From Elsinoe ampelina (Eukaryota), in assembly GCA_010093995.1 (NCBI GenBank), contig ML992513.1, positions 803,203 through 867,202 of the forward strand: a DNA stretch of 64,000 nt. Reading direction: 5' to 3'. Both the position numbers and the translations under genes were made by a program. Numbering within the stretch: the first letter of the stretch is position 1; every line of letters begins with the position of its first letter. Positions 63,174 to 64,000 of this stretch are shown here, piece by piece. The notes beneath the pieces were generated by a model. It saw only the letters and a program-made list of their open reading frames with translations. It ran no database searches and was not told the origin of the DNA.

Positions 63174-64000
63174 ACTAGAATACTAAATTAGACCTAGGCT
63201 AGGTCTAATTAGAGTAAGAAAAATTTGTATATAGGGAAATAACTCTAAGGGGGTAGAGTTTAGTTTTTTTTAAGACCTAGGGTCTAATTATGTTTCTAAA
63301 TGATTTCTAACTCAAAATTGGTACTAGTTTAAAGAACATCTAAATCGAGTCCTAGTTATTAATATAAAAAGTCTAGAATTAACAAAACATAAGCAGTTAT
63401 AATAGCTTAAAAACTATATTAAGTTAGGAATATTTAGAATAAAGTTCCTATAATTTATAGAGAAAGGACTACTACTATATATAATAGACACTTTATAGAG
63501 ATAGACTAGTAGAAATAGAGCGCTCTAGGCTTAGCAAAGCTGCTCTAAACTGTTTATTCAACTTTGTAAATGTGAATACTATTACTATACTATAGTTATA
63601 AACTATTATTTAGAGATTAAATTATCTACTCTTTATTCTAAAACTTTGTACTCTAATCTCTCTATAGCTTAAAGCTATAAAGGACAACTAAAATAGTATA
63701 GAAACAAGTCTTAAAGACATAAGAAGGACCTTTATACGTTCTATCCTATTAAGACCTAGGCTACTAGCTAATAAGAATAGCTAAAAACACTAGAGTATAT
63801 TAATAGCCTTAACTTCGAACAGGTTAAGGTATAGCTTTAAGAGGTTCCTTCTAATAGTACTAGTCTATAGGAGATTCTAGAAAGAGATACTAGGGGTTAG
63901 ACAAAGGCTTAGGTTATTAGGGATGTTATATCTAGGCTAACTAATGCTACTCTAACCTCGAGTAAAGATATAGTACTTATATAGAAGTATATGACATACT
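63174..64000. mobile_element. Different insertion interrupting the E3-family gag, probably a DNA transposon; runs off window
   Basis: Homology to E3 stops abruptly after a TA at ~63172-63173. The new sequence has a subterminal perfect hairpin (63186-63210) and retains more CA/TG than its host. Confidence 0.45.

Larger units (their letters stand above)
61200..64000. other. Second AT-rich RIP block
   Basis: TpA-saturated sequence with no ORFs in the track. Confidence 0.95.

Overview
Eukaryotic (filamentous ascomycete) DNA with a sharp two-compartment structure. About 1-46.5 kb and about 61.2-64 kb are extremely AT-rich, TpA-saturated and CpA/TpG-depleted, typical of repeat-induced point mutation (RIP). 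They consist of dead, nested transposons: at least four Ty3/Gypsy families, one complete Ty1/Copia plus a solo LTR, a hAT-type long-TIR MITE and a probable DNA transposon. LTR pairs and target-site duplications (TSDs) give the nesting order. Between these blocks is a ~14 kb GC-balanced gene island: a small RIP-hit ORF, an APH/AIM9-like kinase, an F-box/LRR protein, an HDHD5/CECR5-type HAD hydrolase, an Rgd1-like F-BAR RhoGAP, a FAD2-type desaturase, and a GH127-LamG gene eroded by RIP. Reversing RIP by eye reveals three unexpected features in the dead elements. (1) The large host Gypsy (10000-44867) carries a ~1000-codon extra ORF after pol with a PhyH-like Fe(II)/2-oxoglutarate dioxygenase signature. 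(2) Two chromoviruses carry antisense Cys-rich ORFs, one with exact Zn2Cys6 spacing. (3) One palindrome (AGATCTAAGC-NNN-GCTTAGATCT) recurs in three unrelated LTR families. All de-RIP readings are manual inferences; no database search was run.
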